The position numbers and the translations under genes were made by a program. Under the pieces are notes generated by a model, which searched no databases, was not told where the DNA came from, and saw nothing but the letters and a program-made list of their open reading frames with translations. DNA of 63,128 nucleotides, filler included, from Sphacelaria rigidula (Eukaryota), in assembly GCA_964200075.2 (NCBI GenBank). It is 7 parts of 7 records of this genome, joined end to end, with 100 filler letters (N's around TTAATTAATTAA, not from the genome) between each part and the next. Parts side by side here need not be neighbours in the genome. Positions count along the whole stretch, not along the records: positions 54,197 to 63,128 come from CAXNAA020009719.1; 6 more parts are not named here. One strand, written 5' to 3'. Shown one piece after another: positions 59,401 through 63,128 of the stretch. Within the stretch, counting starts at the first letter, position 1; each line of letters begins with the position of its first letter.

Positions 59401-61065
59401 AGTGTAGTCCTCCAAGCCCTCTCACGGCAAGTATAGGGTATACTAACAAACAAACAAAAAAAGCTTCACCTCTCCGCCTCCTCCTCCGCTGCCCCCCCCA
59501 TTCCCACCGTCCGAAGAGCCCCCTCTAGCGCCGTCTGGAAACGCCAGATGACAGTTTTCCTCGTTGGGCGACAGCGCCATCACCCCGTCAGGATTTGGGG
59601 CGGTTTCCAGCGTGCGGAGACATTTCATGTCGGAGATGTCGAACACATGCAAGGCCTGCTTGAGGCACACGGCGACCCGCCTTCGGTTGAGCTTGACGGA
59701 GAGCACCGCCGTGTGAAAGTTGACCTCGCAAATGGAGTGGTCCTTCTTCGTGTTCCACAGTCGCAGTCGGCGCGGACTGTGTTCAACGGGTGCCGTTGTG
59801 TGTGTATGTGTGTGTGCCCGCGCGCGCGCGCGATGGGAAAGAGACGAGGTATACGTTCAAGAGGGCGGTTTTACGCTAGTGTGTCGTCAAGTCACCATGG
59901 CTGATGCATCCTGAATAGTCCTTCAACCCTGATCCCAACCCCAACGCGAACTCAACGTACGCATACGGTATTCGAGGTAACGCGTGCGTTGGCAGACTTA
60001 CAATCGGCGCCGTAGGCACAAATTTGAACAAAAAGCAAGAGTTACGTACGATGGGAGCACCTAGGACTTCTAGCCCTTCGAAGACCTGACCTGATGGTCC
60101 TGCAGCAATCTCAAGTTTTTTCCCACCATGGTGATTTTATAACAAATCCGCGTGAGCTCTACTGGCATTGAGTATCTTTTGCGGGGTGGGGGGGTGGGGG
60201 GGGTACTCATTCGTTGCTTGCTTTAGTCATTTGATCTTTGACCGTGCATCCCCTTCGAGATGGAGAACCGTTCCTGCTCGTACTAGAGACACATCCAACA
60301 TTTGGGGGCCCATTATGATTTGCGCGCGGGGGAGGACTAGTGGGGGGTAGGGGTCGGCCAAACAAGCCAACGGACAAAACACGGCTGTTGACTTTCCCGT
60401 GTCATTCAAGGTGCTTCGATACCGTGCGTACATGTGTGCACTTCGGGTAATGTTACGCCTGCCTTCCTCTGTCTACTCTGCGACAGGTACACTGCAGGCT
60501 TAAGAGAAAACAGACGCAAAACGGATCAGTCTTACCATCCTCCCTCCCTCTTTCTCCCTCATTATTCCTCGGCACACACACAAGTGTTCGATCGGGTTGA
60601 CACCCCCCCCCACGATGCTCCGTCTCGCAAGGGATGCGCGGTCAAATGACCAAGTTAAGCAACAGATGAGTACGTCCCCTGCCCCCTCCCCCCCCCCCCC
60701 CTCCCCAAACGTCTGTCATGGTTGATTTCCGTGGAAGGAGCAACCGAAGGATGTCGCCAACGAATCACACGTCAGATGGTGACGCTCGAATTTACAACAT
60801 GAGACACCACAAAACGACCGGTCAAGTTGGTGGGTTAAAACAGGGATTTTGTACGGCGCAATATTTCCGCCTCCCACATTCGCTTTTCGTTTAGTCACCT
60901 GAAGGCTGGTCGATCGCCGCTCCCGACGAGGGCGACCAAGCTAGAGCTGAACAGCATCTCGGCCCGTCCTATCCCGCCATCCGTCATTGAAAAACACTGC
61001 GCGAACGGCCTGCACGTGTAGATTCGATAGCCAGTGCGTAAACCCACGGCTAGACATGACGCGTC
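56404..61065 (-). CDS. ATG18: Autophagy PROPPIN (ATG18/WIPI family WD40), exons 60899-61065, 59470-59776, 57914-58075, 56404-57306; first exon not identified
   Basis: DASCLAVG...[13 protein letters not shown]...[11 protein letters not shown]...[13 protein letters not shown]...[10 protein letters not shown]...|VILYDA...[18 protein letters not shown]...|TYTLRRG...[13 protein letters not shown]...GGECRL. All GT-AG junctions are phase-consistent. The exact paralogue (ATG18 versus WIPI3/4) is unresolved. Confidence 0.93.
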
Positions 61066-61170
61066 CTGTGCAGTGGGGGTCCGGGGTTGGGGGCGGGGCG
61101 GGGAGGGGGACTCATTCGATGTTTGCGTTAGTTGTTTGACCTTTGACCACGCATCCCTTGCGAGACGGGG
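60182..61170. repeat. Three LINE 3'-end copies in ATG18 introns: 60182-60305(-), 60613-60706(+), 61075-61170(-)
   Basis: Each carries the (c)gtctcgNaagggatgc...ggtcaa...atgagt(ac) core plus a C-rich tail. Confidence 0.85.
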
Positions 61171-63128
61171 CTTGTGGGGGGGGGGGGGGGGAAAGCTCCG
61201 TGAGAAAAGAGACTGCAGCAATCGAAAGCGTAAAGAGAAAGTTGTACGTGTCGTGTGTGCCACATCGAAGTGCCAAAAGCGGCTCACTGGTGCGTACAAA
61301 CGCCCATGTACATCGCAGAAGGCAAGACGTAAGATTTACTCCAGTGGAAGGATAGCAGAGAAACTCGAGTCGAAGGAGCCTCTGGCGTACGGTGCCTGAC
61401 ATTTCTATCAACGCTCCTAGTCTTCGAGATTTTGATCCTATCGATCTGTCTCAAACTGACGAGTCGCCGATTCCGATGCTTGGACGTGTGAGGGCATTTT
61501 TGTTTCGCCTGCCATATAGTACCACGAGATGAGGTTGCACCACTCTTCTCGTGCTCGACAACGTTGGAGAACAACTTGCGTCGCAAAGCTTACAAACCTT
61601 GAAAAAAAAAAATCAAAGTACGAAAAAAGTCGGCGTTTTTGCTGACCGCGAGTCGAGGTTTGTGATACGTCTACGGGAGAGGCCCAACTTTGACCTCGCG
61701 TGGGCGCGCTGCCCCGTAAACTCTACATATTCCCGATGCTACTTGTGCATACACGAGACAGCCACATCACAGATGTCAGCCGTGCGTTACTCCTTGATCT
61801 AAAGCAGCTGCACTCTCATTACAGACAGCTGGAATTACGTTGAGACAAATGTTTTTTTCGGGTAATTCTGATACTTCCTCTGTCTGATAAGTCTGGGCAC
61901 TTATGGGCGTTTAATCGTTTGGGTACTTCAACGTTGAAGATCATCCTATGCTTGGGTTCGTTAGAGAGGAAAAGCGCGGACGAAGCTGATGAAAAAAAAA
62001 ACGAGAAGGAAAATGTCTTCACTAAAATCATGTCAATATATACCCCATCATTGACCGATTTTAGACGTTTTCACGTCGAGCACTAGCAATTATTACATGC
62101 TAACAAATGTTGGACGGGGCGTGCGTAGGTTAACATCACGGACATGTCTAACATCGATGGTGGTTTCGCGATCTTCACATTTTTGGCCCATTTTTTGCGA
62201 TTTTTCGTGTTCCCGGTTCTCTCATGTTTTCCTGGAAAAACGGGCGAAAAATGGCCGTTTTTCGACCGACCTACTCTTTATCGGCCGCGCAGCTGCATGG
62301 GTCAAGCACCCACGTCTTAAAAACAACGTCTTCAGCTAAAAAAACGCCGATGAATTCGATACAAAGATCGAAAATCAAATATCACACCGTGAATAGCTTG
62401 TACAACCAACCATGAGTGACCGGACTTACGGAATAGAGGAAGTATATCTTCAATATACATCTATACACTTCCTATACACACGTATACATGCTTGTAAATG
62501 TACCTTTCACTCGTGACCGGAATTTGTGCGGATTCCTCACAAATGCTCGACACAAGTGTGAGTGCGGTGAATAGAGACTGCCCCTGCGCGCCGACGCGCA
62601 TCTCGTACAGCTTTCCATCAAACACCAACACCGCCGGCAACCCATCAGCTGCGTCCTGTGTCTAGAAGTTAGTTATTGAAGCAAAGTACTGTGCTCGTTG
62701 GAACACGTACGGCGATGATATCCCTCCCACAGGCCCCTTTCCACGCACGCGCGCAACTAATACGCCAGTTCCTACACGCATACATAAATATATACATGAT
62801 GATCCCGGAGTGCGCATGTGCGTTTTTTTCCCGTAGCCCATGACTTCCTCTGTGCAGGCTGAGCGTGCTCCGTAGCGATGAAAACATTTGTGGTACCTGT
62901 GATACTTATGATACAAGCCAATTAGGGTCCTGTTTATATGGGTTCCCTGCTGGATGCCCCGATGAGGCACATGGTTTAGAATCCCCTAGAATTACCTCTC
63001 CATTTCGTTCGACAACGAAGGTGAACATGTCTGCCAGGGAGACGACGTCGGCATTTACAACTGGGAGCAATGCTACGGTAGGGGTGCACTTTTTTCGCGA
63101 AATTTTGTCTGGGTCAGAGGCTCCTAAC

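Overview
Eukaryotic, repeat-rich DNA, probably from a brown alga or other stramenopile; this is inferred from long introns, GC-rich exons with low-complexity inserts and the TE content. The window is not one locus. It is seven unlinked contigs of 8932-8933 bp (1-8933, 9034-17966, 18067-26999, 27100-36032, 36133-45064, 45165-54096, 54197-63128) joined by artificial 100-bp N44-TTAATTAATTAA-N44 linkers. Host genes are partial spliced genes for an Mpv17/PMP22 protein, a GH37 trehalase and an ATG18/WIPI PROPPIN, plus one uncertain Ala/Glu-rich ORF. Mobile DNA includes a chromodomain Ty3/Gypsy with both LTRs and a TSD, two Copia fragments, LINE/RTE fragments, a decayed intron-containing Helitron, Tc1/mariner and Sola-like MITEs, foldback MITEs and tRNA-derived SINEs. 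The four most notable observations follow. (1) A ~5-kb decayed endogenous negative-strand RNA virus (Mononegavirales-like) L-polymerase fossil at ~28050-33200, which appears only after manually excising inserted foldback elements and directly abuts a LINE. (2) A Helitron RepHel apparently carrying a C-terminal USP/C19-like deubiquitinase domain, with a second copy on another contig. (3) A LINE family whose 3' ends carry a GNRA hairpin and oligo(C) rather than poly(A) tails. (4) A 544-bp element with fully palindromic terminal repeats inside the Gypsy 5' LTR. All protein assignments come from manual translation and motif recognition; no database searches were run.
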